Part shown: piece by piece, positions 37,679 to 47,440 of the stretch
Numbering within the stretch: position 1 is the stretch's first letter
How the letters are laid out: each line of letters opens with the position of its first letter
Assembly: GCA_041738515.1 (NCBI GenBank)
Contig: JBGSPP010000299.1
Coordinates: 1 to 49,915, forward strand
Reading direction: 5' to 3'
Length of the DNA stretch: 49,915 bases
Origin: Desulfobulbus sp.
GTDB lineage: Bacteria; Desulfobacterota; Desulfobulbia; Desulfobulbales; Desulfobulbaceae
Program-made: the position numbers and the translations under genes
The notes under the pieces: model-generated
Told to the model about the DNA's origin: nothing
The model's database searches: none
The model's input: only the letters and a program-made list of their open reading frames with translations

Positions 37679-39738
37679 TGCGGCCGACGTGTGCGCCACC
37701 AATGCCAACTGAGAAAAAGCAGACAGATGGCAAAACCAATCTCATCTGTCAGCGGCAGGGCGGCCACCAGCAGAAATGCGCCGGCAGCAGCGACCGGTCG
37801 CTCCCATATGGCCAACGGCCCACGCAAATAGCCAATGGCTGCCGCTCCCCACAGGGTAATCGCCAGGAGCGCCTTACCCACAATATAACCGATGGCCAGT
37901 AGGCTGGGAGAACCCTGCAACATCAGCGCCGGATCGTAGACGGCCATGAAGGGAACGACAAAGCCGGCAATGGCAATGATCACCGCCTTGAAGCCGATTT
38001 TCATCGGCGATTCCTTGGCGATTGAACTGGCCGCGAAGGCGGCCAGCGCCACTGGTGGCGTCAAATCAGCCATAATGCCGAAATAAAAGACAAACATATG
38101 ACTGACAATGAGCGGCACGCCGAGCTTGAGCAGTGCAGGCGCGGCTATCGAACTGGTGATGATGTAGTTGGGAATGGTTGGGATACCCATGCCGAGCAGC
38201 AGGCAGACCAGCATGGTCAGGACCAGGGAGAGAAACAGGTTCTGCTCTCCGACTTTGAGGATATAGCCGGCGAAGCTGGAAGCTGCTCCAGTCAGGGTCA
38301 AAACACCGATAATGACGCCGACGATGGCACAGGCAACACCCACCGGGAGGGCCTGACGCGCCCCATCGATCAGGCTGTCGCGCAGCAGGCGCAGGGTATC
38401 ACGCCCACCGCGAACCATCAGACAGACGGCGGCCAGCGTGATGATCACCGTCAATACCGGATAGACGCCCCATTTCACCAGGGTTGCGCAGGCAAGCCCC
38501 ACCGCCAGCCAGAACACATAGCGGAAGGCCAGCGCCGACAGGCCAGCCGCCACAGTGGCGCCGAGGATCAGAATCGCGGTCAGGGCCAGGCCGACCATGC
38601 CGGAATACATCGGTGTGAAACCATTGAACAACATCCACACCAGCGCCGCCAAGGGTAGAATCAGATGCCATTGCCGGCGCATCGCCTGCCAGGGGTTGGG
38701 GCATTCCTCTTTGGGCAGGCCGAGCAGCTGCTTGCGGCCGGCCTCCAGATGTACCATCCAGAAGACGGTGGCATAATAGAGCATTGCGGGCACTGTCGCA
38801 GCCTTGACGATTTCTCCGTAAGAGACATTGAGGTTTTCCGCCATGATGAAGGCCACCGCGCCCATTACCGGCGGCATGATCTGGCCGCCCATGGAGGAGG
38901 TGGCCTCGACAGCTCCAGCAAAAATGCCGGAGTAGCCGAAGCGTTTCATCAGTGGGATGGTGAACTGGCCGGTGGTCAGTACATTAGCAACGCCAGATCC
39001 GGAAATCGTGCCCATCAGTCCGGAAGACAGCACCGACACCTTGGCCGCACCGCCCTTGGTGTGACCGACAAAACCGAGTGCAATCGAATTGAACAGGTTG
39101 ATCATCCCGGCATGCTCGAGAAAGGTGCCAAAGAGGATAAACAGAAAGATATAGGTAGCCGAGACCAGCGTCGGAATACCGAAAATGCCCTCGGTGCCGA
39201 ATCCAAGCTGATCGACGATCTGCTCAAAGGCGAACCCGCGATGGGCCAGATCACCGGGCAGATGCTGACCGAACAGGCCGTAGAGCAAAAAAATGCCGGA
39301 CACAAGCGGCAAGGCCAGGCCCATGATGCGCCGGGCCGCCTCAAACACCAGCAGCACCATGATCGTGCCGACCCACAAGTCGGGCGTTGTGGGTTCGCCG
39401 GCGCGCTGGATCAGATCGCCCTCGTAGATCCACTGATAGGTAGAGAGGAGAAAGCCGAGCCCGGCAAACAACCAGTCGACAGGCGCAACCTTGTCAGGTC
39501 GCCCACCCTTGCCATACGGATAGAGGACAAAGGTCAGCGCCAGCAGAAAGCCGACATGCAGCGAGCGGGTCACCAGGCTGGAGAGGGGGTGAAAGGCGGC
39601 AACCACCAACTGGTAGCTGGAAAAAGCCAGCGCCAGAGCGGAGAGCAGGAACAACGCCAAGCCGGTCAACCGCCGTTGCACGCCATGTTCAGAGAATGCT
39701 TGCGGGTCGTGATCTGAGTGTTGGCTGTGATCAGACAT
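37675..39738 (-). CDS. TRAP transporter fused 4TM/12TM permease
   Basis: GTISGSGVANV, EATSSMGGQIMPPVMG, GMGIPT, HMFVFYFG, DLTPPVALAAF. Confidence 0.93.
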   Translation of the reverse strand: MSDHSQHSDHDPQAFSEHGVQRRLTGLALFLLSALALAFSSYQLVVAAFHPLSSLVTRSLHVGFLLALTFVLYPYGKGGRPDKVAPVDWLFAGLGFLLSTYQWIYEGDLIQRAGEPTTPDLWVGTIMVLLVFEAARRIMGLALPLVSGIFLLYGLFGQHLPGDLAHRGFAFEQIVDQLGFGTEGIFGIPTLVSATYIFLFILFGTFLEHAGMINLFNSIALGFVGHTKGGAAKVSVLSSGLMGTISGSGVANVLTTGQFTIPLMKRFGYSGIFAGAVEATSSMGGQIMPPVMGAVAFIMAENLNVSYGEIVKAATVPAMLYYATVFWMVHLEAGRKQLLGLPKEECPNPWQAMRRQWHLILPLAALVWMLFNGFTPMYSGMVGLALTAILILGATVAAGLSALAFRYVFWLAVGLACATLVKWGVYPVLTVIITLAAVCLMVRGGRDTLRLLRDSLIDGARQALPVGVACAIVGVIIGVLTLTGAASSFAGYILKVGEQNLFLSLVLTMLVCLLLGMGIPTIPNYIITSSIAAPALLKLGVPLIVSHMFVFYFGIMADLTPPVALAAFAASSIAKESPMKIGFKAVIIAIAGFVVPFMAVYDPALMLQGSPSLLAIGYIVGKALLAITLWGAAAIGYLRGPLAIWERPVAAAGAFLLVAALPLTDEIGFAICLLFLSWHWWRTRRPQ

Positions 39739-39776
39739 CGGCTGGTAAGAAAATGCAGGGAATGATGACTATCCGG

Positions 39777-39802
39777 CCGGCGACAGGTTTCCCTGTCGCC
39801 GG
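39777..39802 (-). other. Intergenic stem-loop after the TAXI binding-protein gene
   Basis: CCGGCGACAGG-GAAA-CCTGTCGCCGG on the minus strand (11-bp stem, GNRA loop). Confidence 0.6.
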
Positions 39803-39822
39803 GAGACAGCGCAACAGAATTC

Positions 39823-40764
39823 TTACAGCAGACCGGCTTCGCGGTAATACTTCTCGGCGCCGGGATGCAGCGGCGCCGGCGGGTTTTTGCCTGCGGTGGC
39901 CTTGTTGATCGCCTTGGCGGCGGCGTGGGCGGCGGTCATCGCCTCAAGGTTCTCAAACATCGATTTGGTCATCAGATAGACGGTCTCGGCGGGCACACCC
40001 TCGTGGGTGACCAGATAGTTTTGCACCGCCACTGTCGGCACGTCCGTGGTTTGGCCGGTGTAGGTGTTGGCGGGAATGATGCCGGGTGAGTAGGAACTGT
40101 CGCCGATTTTCGCCACCACCTCGGCCGGGATGGGAACCACCACCGTTTTCACGGCAGTGGCCAGGTCACGCACCGCGGCAACACCCAGACCCGAAGAGAG
40201 CAGAGTGGCATCCAGTTGCCGGTTTTTAATCAACTCCACCGATTCGGCGTAGCCAAGGTATTCGATCTTGCCGAGATCCTTGTAACTCATGCCCGCGGCT
40301 TTCAGGATGTAGCGGCTGTTCAGCTCGGTGCCGCTTTTCGGGGCTCCGACGGAAACACGCTTGCCCTTGAGGTCGGCCAGGCTGGTGATGCCGGAGTCGG
40401 CACTGGCAAGGAAGTGGATGTAATTCGGGTAGATGGCGGCCACGGTGCGCAGCTTGGAGAGCGGTGTCTTGAAGCCGGCCTCCTCGTTGCCTTTATAGGC
40501 CTCGCTGAAGGTGTCGCCCAGGGTAAAGGCTACTTCGCCGCGTCCGTTCTGCAGCAGATTGAGGTTTTCCGCCGAAGCCTTGGTCGCCTGTACCGAAGTC
40601 TTCACGTCCGGCATCACCTTGCTGTAGATCTGTGTCAGCGATACGCCCAGCGGATAATAGACGCCGCTGGTACCGCCGGTCAGCACGTTGATGAACTCCG
40701 CTGCATGGCCAGCCGATACGGTCAACAGGAAGAGAAAAACGGAGAATAGAATGCGTGTATTCAT
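39823..40764 (-). CDS. TAXI-family TRAP solute-binding protein
   Basis: Signal peptide, TGGTSGVYYPLG, ASAENL, GAPKSGTE, PLHPGAEKYYRE. Confidence 0.93.
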   Translation of the reverse strand: MNTRILFSVFLFLLTVSAGHAAEFINVLTGGTSGVYYPLGVSLTQIYSKVMPDVKTSVQATKASAENLNLLQNGRGEVAFTLGDTFSEAYKGNEEAGFKTPLSKLRTVAAIYPNYIHFLASADSGITSLADLKGKRVSVGAPKSGTELNSRYILKAAGMSYKDLGKIEYLGYAESVELIKNRQLDATLLSSGLGVAAVRDLATAVKTVVVPIPAEVVAKIGDSSYSPGIIPANTYTGQTTDVPTVAVQNYLVTHEGVPAETVYLMTKSMFENLEAMTAAHAAAKAINKATAGKNPPAPLHPGAEKYYREAGLL

Positions 40765-40847
40765 GGTGGCTCCTCATGGTGGAAAGATGCCGCGTCGGGC
40801 GGCGTGGTGAAAGGCCAGGACGGGCAAGTGTAGCGCCCATCTCAACT

Positions 40848-40876
40848 TTTCTACATAACCCATCCTCTGTCGTCAA
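40848..40876 (-). promoter_or_regulatory. Candidate sigma70 promoter for the TAXI-TRAP operon
   Basis: Minus strand TTGACG-N17-TAGAAA. Confidence 0.45.
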
Positions 40877-41046
40877 CAGGGATAACCAGGTAATCTCAAT
40901 TCTCATTCCAGATGAGGATGGGCGCATTGTTTTTAGGGATATGGGGGGTTTCGAACGAACGCCTCCACACGGCCCCTTGTCGGGGTGGCTTTCAGACTTG
41001 AGGCAGAGGATGGCTGGCGAAGAGGCCTGCCGGGATACGTCGGGAC

Positions 41047-42081
41047 TTATTTCCTCGGATCAAAGGCCTCGCGCAGGGCCTCGCCGATGAAAATCAACAG
41101 CACCAAGGTGCCGACCAGCACCAGGAAGGTGGACAGCGACAGCCACCAGGCCTCGATGTTGGCCTTGCCCTGGGCAAGCAGTTCGCCCAGGCTCGGGGTC
41201 GATGGCGGCACCCCGAGGCCGAGGAAATCGAGGCTGGTCAGGGCCAGGATCGAGCCTGACATCCGAAACGGCAGGAAGGTGATCACCGGCGTCATCGAGT
41301 TGGGCAGCAGGTGCCGGCGCATGATGGTGAAATTGCCCACGCCCAGGGCCTTGGCCGCTTTGACGTACTCCATGTTCCGCCCCTTGAGGAACTCGGCCCG
41401 GACATAATCCGAGAGCCCCATCCAGCCGAACAGGGAAAGCAGCACGAGCAGCAGCAGCATGCTGGGCTTGAAGATCGAGGCAAAGATGATCAGCAGGTAG
41501 AGTTCAGGCATGGAGCCCCATATCTCAATGAACCGCTGCATGATCAGGTCCAGCCGGCCGCCGAAATACCCCTGCAGCGCGCCGGCCGCAATCCCAAGCA
41601 GGGTGCCGACCGCAGTCAGGGCCGCTCCGAACAGGACGCTGATGCGAAAGCCGTAGATCAGCCGGGCGAATACATCGCGGCCGCGGTCATCGGTGCCGAG
41701 CAGGTTCTCCCTGGTTGGCGGCGACGGCACCGGCCGATCCAGGGTCAGGTTGATGGAGGTGTAGCTGTGCGGGTTGGGAGGAAAGATGATCCAGTTGCCG
41801 GCAGAGGTCAGGCGTTCGCGGATGTAGGGGTCGCGGTAGTCGGTCTCGGTCTCGAAGTCGCCGCCAAACACAGTTTCCGGATAGGCTTGCCACAGCGGCA
41901 GGTAAAGGCCGCCCTCGTAGCTTATCAGCAGCGGCTTGTCGTTGCTGAGCACCTCGGCGAACAGGCTGAGGCCGAACAGGACAAGAAAAAGCACCAGTGA
42001 ATAGAATCCGCGCCGGTTCTGCCGAAAGATCGCCCAGCGCCGGCGCCAGGGGCTGTGACTGCGCATCCGTCCGCTGGCCAT
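41047..42081 (-). CDS. yejE: Peptide ABC transporter permease, YejE-like
   Basis: NRRGFYSL, YPETVFGGDFETE, LGTDDRGRDV, VRAEFLKGR, LDFLGLG, GEALREAFDPRK. Confidence 0.88.
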   Translation of the reverse strand: MASGRMRSHSPWRRRWAIFRQNRRGFYSLVLFLVLFGLSLFAEVLSNDKPLLISYEGGLYLPLWQAYPETVFGGDFETETDYRDPYIRERLTSAGNWIIFPPNPHSYTSINLTLDRPVPSPPTRENLLGTDDRGRDVFARLIYGFRISVLFGAALTAVGTLLGIAAGALQGYFGGRLDLIMQRFIEIWGSMPELYLLIIFASIFKPSMLLLLVLLSLFGWMGLSDYVRAEFLKGRNMEYVKAAKALGVGNFTIMRRHLLPNSMTPVITFLPFRMSGSILALTSLDFLGLGVPPSTPSLGELLAQGKANIEAWWLSLSTFLVLVGTLVLLIFIGEALREAFDPRK

Positions 42082-42082
42082 G

Positions 42083-43126
42083 CTACTCACGCGCCTCAAA
42101 GCTGATCCGCGGATCGACCAGGACATAGGAGAGATCGGAAAGCAGCCGGGAAATGAGCCCGATGATGGTGAAAAAGTAGAGGGTGCCAAGCACCACCGGG
42201 TAATCCCGGTTCAATACCGACTCGTAGGCCAGCAGCCCCATGCCGTCGAGGGAGAAGATCGTCTCGATGAGCAGGCTGCCGGTGAAGAAGGCGGTGATGA
42301 AGCTGCCGGGAAAACCGGTGATGATGGGAATGATGGCGTTGCGGAACACATGCCGGTACAGCACCTGTCCTTCCTCCAGCCCTTTGGCCCGGGCAGTGAC
42401 CACGTACTGCTTGCGGATTTCCTCAAGGAAGGAATTCTTGGTCAGCAGGGTCATCACCGCCAGGCTGCCCACGGTGGAGGCGATGATCGGCAGCACCATG
42501 TGCCAGAGATAATCAAGCACCTTGGCCGCCAAACCGAGTTCCCGCCAGTTGTCCGAAACCAGCCCCCGCAGCGGGAAGATGTTCCAGAAACTGCCGCCGC
42601 CAAAGAGCACGATGAGGACAATGCCAAGGACAAAGCCGGGAATGGCGTAGCCGATGAGAATGACCGTGCTGGTGAGGACATCGAAGGTGGATCCGTCGCG
42701 CACCGCCTTGGCGATGCCGAGCGGGATGCAGACGCTGTAGACAATGAGAAAACTCCACAGGCCCAGCGACATCGACACCGGCAGCTTGGAGATGACCAGG
42801 TCGGCGACGCTCATGTGGTGGTAGTAGGAACGGCCGAAATCAAAGACCAGGTAGTGCCGCATCATGTCGATGAACCGGGTCAGGGCCGGCTTGTCGAAAC
42901 CGTAGAGCTTCTTCAGTTGCTCCACCCGTTCCTGGTCCAGCCCCTTGTTGCCCTGGTAGAGCCCGACGCCGGCGGTGTCGCCGCCCGTGCCGTAGCCGCT
43001 CAACTGCGCCATCATTCGCTCCACCGGGCCGCCGGGCACGAACTGGGTGACCACAAAGGTGATCAGCATGACCCCGATCAGGGTCGGGATCATCAGCAGC
43101 ACCCGCTTGAGGATGTAGGCTCCCAT
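42083..43126 (-). CDS. yejB: Peptide ABC transporter permease, YejB-like
   Basis: YILKRVLLMIPTL, QFVPGGPVE, YGFDKP, KNSFLEEIRKQYVVTARAKGL, VDPRISF. Confidence 0.88.
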   Translation of the reverse strand: MGAYILKRVLLMIPTLIGVMLITFVVTQFVPGGPVERMMAQLSGYGTGGDTAGVGLYQGNKGLDQERVEQLKKLYGFDKPALTRFIDMMRHYLVFDFGRSYYHHMSVADLVISKLPVSMSLGLWSFLIVYSVCIPLGIAKAVRDGSTFDVLTSTVILIGYAIPGFVLGIVLIVLFGGGSFWNIFPLRGLVSDNWRELGLAAKVLDYLWHMVLPIIASTVGSLAVMTLLTKNSFLEEIRKQYVVTARAKGLEEGQVLYRHVFRNAIIPIITGFPGSFITAFFTGSLLIETIFSLDGMGLLAYESVLNRDYPVVLGTLYFFTIIGLISRLLSDLSYVLVDPRISFEARE

Positions 43127-43250
43127 GCGCCTCCGCCTTCCTTATGCCGCCACGGGTTCAGCGCACCGGCGCGACCGGGGGCCGGATGGCCGCATCGCGC
43201 CAAATCTCCGGGTTGAGGCCTGCCGTTGTCGGCCGGCGGGGGAGCACATT

Positions 43251-43673
43251 TCAGGAGATGCGGATGTCATCGAAATAGTCCGGTTCCTGCTTGTTCAAGG
43301 CGTCCTGCCGCTGCCGTCCCGGATTGAAAAGATGTTCGCGCTCTTCGGCCTGGATCTCCCCGGCGCCGATCGGCCGGCGTTCGGTGATCTTGTGCGACTG
43401 GCGGATCGGCGGGGCCATGGCCTGCTCCTCATCCGCTTCCTCTGCTTCATCTGCCTCGGGTTCCCCGCGCATTAGCCGCGCCCTCGCCCCGAACCCCATC
43501 TTGAGAAAGGCCAGGAGGCCGTCCTGAAGCAGAACCACGTTGACCAGTTCCCAGCCCTGGGCGCCCAGCTCGTTGAGGGTCTTTTCCACCTCTTCGTCAT
43601 CGACGTATTTATCGCCCAGCAGGCCATCCTTGGTGAATTCAAAAAGAATGGTCCGGTATTGCCACGCCATCAT
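43251..43673 (-). CDS. DUF4177-like small domain with acidic tail
   Basis: WQYRTI...LNELGAQGWELV...AFLK; GAGGA RBS. Confidence 0.7.
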   Translation of the reverse strand: MMAWQYRTILFEFTKDGLLGDKYVDDEEVEKTLNELGAQGWELVNVVLLQDGLLAFLKMGFGARARLMRGEPEADEAEEADEEQAMAPPIRQSHKITERRPIGAGEIQAEEREHLFNPGRQRQDALNKQEPDYFDDIRIS

Positions 43674-43750
43674 CCGTTCCTCACACTGGTTCACTGAGAC
43701 GGAGGCCAGCCAATGCCTGCCCCCAGAAGTTTTCGCATCGAGCCATCCGC

Positions 43751-45718
43751 TCACGGCCGCAGCTGGTCATCCTTGAATGTGCCTTCGGCCACACGGCCGT
43801 CCGGGTAGGTGATCCTGCCATGGCCGTTGCGCCGACCATGCTTGAAGGCGCCCACGTAGACGCTGCCGTCCGGCGAAGTCAGCCGCCCCTCCCCGTCCGG
43901 AAGGTCATTTGCAAACGAGCCGGTGTACTCCTTGCCGTCTGCGTAGACCAGTTTGCCCTTGCCCGAGAACAGACCCTTGCCGAAATCGCCCTCATACCGA
44001 CTGCCATCGGCGAACCGGTACAGGCCGCGGCCGTGGAACCGGTTGTCTCTGAAGGCGCCCTTGTAGCCCGACCCATCCGGGTAGGTGTATACGCCTTCAC
44101 CGTGTTTCACCCCTCTGCTGAACTCGCCCTCGTAGGTGCGCCCGTCCCGGTAGCTGTATTCGCCCCTGCCCTGCATCCGGCCTTTGCTGAATCCGCCCTG
44201 GTAGCGGTCGCCGCCAGCCAGGGTCAACTGACCCTGACCGTCCATGAGCCCGTTGACATAGGTGCCCCGATACACGCTGCCATCCTCCAGGGTGTTGAGC
44301 GCCTGGCCGGAGAAGGGCTTGTTTGCCTTGGCATCGCGGTAAAGGATGCCGTTCCTGGTGAACAAACCGCCACCGGTTCGCTGCCCCTCTTTAGACCGCT
44401 GCTTGAAACCGATCTGTTCCCCGGCCGCGCCCCGGGTTGTCGCCGCGACCCGCTCCGTTTGTACGGCAGGCTTGGCCGATTCTGCCTGCACGGAGGGCTC
44501 GACCGTCGAGGCCGCCGGTTCTGGAAGGGTCTCTCTGGGAGCGATATCCGGTATTGGGGCAACCGCCTTACTGACCGATTGCACCGGTTGAGCCACCATC
44601 ACCTTTTCCCCGGCCGACGAAGTACCGGTCGTTGGCGGCAGCCGTTCTTCCACCGGTGGCGGGGCGGCTTTGGCCACGGCCGGCAACGGTTCGATTGGCG
44701 GCTCGACCGGAAGCTTTTCTTGCGGCGGCGCAACTGGGTTGCCGCCGGCAAACTGGCCGGAGAACACCGAGCCGTCACTCTTCTTCCACCGCCCCTTGCC
44801 TTCCTTGAGGTCACCGGCAAATTCTCCCTCATACCGGCTGCCGTCCGCGCCGGTCAGCACTCCCTTGCCCTGGCGCTTGCCGGCCACCCAGTCGCCCTCG
44901 TACCGCGATCCATCGCCATATTGCATGGTTCCCCTGCCATGCGGAAGGCCTTGCGCTAACAAACCGGTGTAGGTCTGGCCGCCTGGCCAGGCCTGGCTGC
45001 CTTCGCCGTGCAGCACGCCCTCGACAAAGGCGCCGCTCATCACCATGCCGTTGGCTGCGGTCAATTTGCCCTGACCATTGTAGCGGTCGTTTTGAAATTC
45101 GCCCTCATATCGGGAACGGTCGGCCAACTCAAGGACACCCTGGCCTTCGCGGCGGCTGTCGATGTAGGTTCCGGTGTAGCGGGAGCCGTCGAGGTAACGG
45201 CGTACCCCCTGGCCCGAAGGCTTGCCATTCATGAACTCGCCTTCAAAGGAGGAACCGTCGGCGTAGGTCAGCTTGCCCTTGCCCTGGATGGCGTTGTCGC
45301 GAAAGTCTCCCATATACTCGCGGCCATCGGGATAAAACAGGTGGCCGCGACCGCTGAACCGTCCGAGATCGAAATCGCCGTTATACTCCATGCCGTCCGG
45401 AGTGGTGAGAATGCCTTTGCCCTGGATAACGCCTTCCCGGAAAGCGCCCGCATACTTGCGGCCGTCCTTGCTCACCAGTACGCCCTCGCCATGGTATTTG
45501 CCCTGGGCGAACTGGCCCTTGTATATCGAGCCGTCTGGCAGGGTCAGGGTTCCGGTCCCCCAGAGCAGGCCGTTGCGGAATTCGCCCTCGTAGAGACGGC
45601 CGTCCGCGCCCCGCAGCCGGCCGCGGCCGTTTTTGCAGTCGCCCTGTTCGCAGGCTGCCTGGGCCAATCCCTGGAGCAGCAGAATGGTCAGCAGAATACT
45701 GGTCAGTTGTCGCACCAT
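43751..45718 (-). CDS. Exported MORN-repeat protein with two repeat blocks
   Basis: Signal peptide, CEQGDC, about 12 + 7 units of YxGxFxxGxxxGxG separated by a Pro/Ala/Glu linker. Confidence 0.9.
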   Translation of the reverse strand: MVRQLTSILLTILLLQGLAQAACEQGDCKNGRGRLRGADGRLYEGEFRNGLLWGTGTLTLPDGSIYKGQFAQGKYHGEGVLVSKDGRKYAGAFREGVIQGKGILTTPDGMEYNGDFDLGRFSGRGHLFYPDGREYMGDFRDNAIQGKGKLTYADGSSFEGEFMNGKPSGQGVRRYLDGSRYTGTYIDSRREGQGVLELADRSRYEGEFQNDRYNGQGKLTAANGMVMSGAFVEGVLHGEGSQAWPGGQTYTGLLAQGLPHGRGTMQYGDGSRYEGDWVAGKRQGKGVLTGADGSRYEGEFAGDLKEGKGRWKKSDGSVFSGQFAGGNPVAPPQEKLPVEPPIEPLPAVAKAAPPPVEERLPPTTGTSSAGEKVMVAQPVQSVSKAVAPIPDIAPRETLPEPAASTVEPSVQAESAKPAVQTERVAATTRGAAGEQIGFKQRSKEGQRTGGGLFTRNGILYRDAKANKPFSGQALNTLEDGSVYRGTYVNGLMDGQGQLTLAGGDRYQGGFSKGRMQGRGEYSYRDGRTYEGEFSRGVKHGEGVYTYPDGSGYKGAFRDNRFHGRGLYRFADGSRYEGDFGKGLFSGKGKLVYADGKEYTGSFANDLPDGEGRLTSPDGSVYVGAFKHGRRNGHGRITYPDGRVAEGTFKDDQLRP

Positions 45719-45725
45719 GGCTGCC

Positions 45726-46985
45726 TTATTGCGGAGTTTGATCGAAAACCCGACGAATCTCGTCGGCAATGATACCGATGCCCTGGCGCACCTCGGCCTC
45801 GTCCTGGGAATAGGTCAGGCGGAGGCATTCGCCGGTATGTTCCCAGCCGGGGGGCAGCCCCGGGAAGAAGTAATCGCCGGACACCACCACCACACCCCGG
45901 GCCTTGAGTCGTTCGTAGACCACCCGGCTCGGGACCGGCAGGCCGGGAAACCACATCCAGAGGAAGAAGGCGCCCTCGGCCACATGCACCCGGTACGGCA
46001 GGCCGGCAAAAGCCTCGGTCACCGCAGCCAGGGCCAGGTCCCGCTTGCGTTCGTAGAACGGCCGGACCACCTCGCGGCTCAGGCGGAGGATCTCGCCGCT
46101 GTGGACGATGTTGGTGACCAGCATGGCCCCGAAGCTGGACGGTGCCAGGTTGACCACCGCGTTGACCCCGGACAGCAGGCCAATGATACGGCGGTCTGCG
46201 ATGACGATGCCGGTGCGCACCGCCGGCAAACCAAACTTGGACAACGACAGACAAAGGATGAGATGCTTGTTCCACACCGGGGCCGCCTGGGTATAGATCA
46301 TACCCGGAAAGGGCAGGCCATAGGCCCCGTCAATGATCAGGGGGATGTCGTGCTGCTCGGCCAGTCGGGCCAGGCCGTCAATCTCGGCGTCGGTGAGCAC
46401 GTTGCCGGTGGGGTTGGTCGGCCGTGACACGCAAATGGCGCCGATCTCCTCGGTGATGGCGATGCGGTCGAAATCGACCCGGTACTTGAACGAGTGGGCG
46501 CCGATGGTCTCGATCCGCGGCCGCACTGAGGTGAACAGATCCGCCTCCATGCCCAGGTCGGCGTAGCCGATGTATTCCGGCGCCATGGGCAGGAGGATCT
46601 TCCGCCGGCTGCCATCGGCGCACCGGCCGGCCAGGATGTTGAAGAGCAGAAAAAAGGCCCCCTGGCTGCCGTGGGTCAGGCAGAGGTTCTCCTCGCTCAG
46701 ATCCCAGCCGTACTCGCGCCGCAGGAGCGTTGCCATGGCCTGGAGGAACTCGCCGTCGCCCCGGGGCGGATCGTAAACGCCGATCAGCCGGCGCAGGGAT
46801 GCCTCGTCGTCGATGATCTCCCGCAACCGGGCGCGCATCACCGCCTGGATCTCCGGGATCAGGCCGGGGTTGCCGCCGCCCATCATGATCTTGCCGCCTT
46901 CGGCCAGGGCAAGACCCAGGTCTTCCATCAGCGACAGGATGCCGGCGCCGGCGGACAATTTTTCACCGAATGCTGAAAGCCGCAT
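45726..46985 (-). CDS. avtA: Valine-pyruvate aminotransferase AvtA
   Basis: MRLSAFGEK, MGGGNPG, PEYIGY, SRPTNPTGNV, IDGAYG, SLSKFGLP; AAGGAG RBS. Confidence 0.9.
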   Translation of the reverse strand: MRLSAFGEKLSAGAGILSLMEDLGLALAEGGKIMMGGGNPGLIPEIQAVMRARLREIIDDEASLRRLIGVYDPPRGDGEFLQAMATLLRREYGWDLSEENLCLTHGSQGAFFLLFNILAGRCADGSRRKILLPMAPEYIGYADLGMEADLFTSVRPRIETIGAHSFKYRVDFDRIAITEEIGAICVSRPTNPTGNVLTDAEIDGLARLAEQHDIPLIIDGAYGLPFPGMIYTQAAPVWNKHLILCLSLSKFGLPAVRTGIVIADRRIIGLLSGVNAVVNLAPSSFGAMLVTNIVHSGEILRLSREVVRPFYERKRDLALAAVTEAFAGLPYRVHVAEGAFFLWMWFPGLPVPSRVVYERLKARGVVVVSGDYFFPGLPPGWEHTGECLRLTYSQDEAEVRQGIGIIADEIRRVFDQTPQ

Positions 46986-47194
46986 GCGGATACACTCCTT
47001 TCGTACGTGACTGCACAACGCACCCTCGGGCGCGCCGCCAAAAAACATCGTCCCAACGGTATGTTGGCCCGATCCCCTCCCCTGCCGGCAAGCGGCAGCG
47101 ACACGGGGATAATCAATAATACTACCAGCTTCGGAAGAAAAAGCCAGTCTGATATGCAACCGGGCGGAGGGGCGGCGGGAACAGCGGACAGGCC

Positions 47195-47380
47195 TCAGCG
47201 GGCGGTGAACAAGAGGCAGGGCTTGCCCGAGACCGATCGCACCACCAGCGCGGGCAGGTCGCGGCTCTTGAAGCCGTAGGCCTTGCAGCCCCGAGGCTGC
47301 CTTGGGTCGTGGGTGACGTAGTAATGCCTGCAGATCAGGCAGTTGGGCTGCCGCTGGTCGGTCTGCCGCTCGGCGCTCAT
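47195..47380 (-). CDS. Small Cys-rich putative metal-binding protein (61 aa)
   Basis: CLICRHYYVTHD...GCKAYGFKS..LP...V...SG.PC..F pattern; AAGGG RBS. Confidence 0.7.
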   Translation of the reverse strand: MSAERQTDQRQPNCLICRHYYVTHDPRQPRGCKAYGFKSRDLPALVVRSVSGKPCLLFTAR

Positions 47381-47440
47381 GTTCGCAGCACCCTTCCAGG
47401 TGTTGGCGCGCGACATCCAGAAATCCAGGCAGGGAGAAAT

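Noticed and set aside
38665-39717. Long antisense ORFs (also 5174-6523, 12914-14218, 42080-43216, 43820-44959)
   Set aside because: Shadow frames opposite well-supported genes, expected from high-GC codon bias; no recognisable motifs
43751-45620. Regular ~69-nt periodicity that might suggest a CRISPR-like array
   Set aside because: Degenerate at DNA level and fully explained by 23-aa MORN repeats; no cas genes
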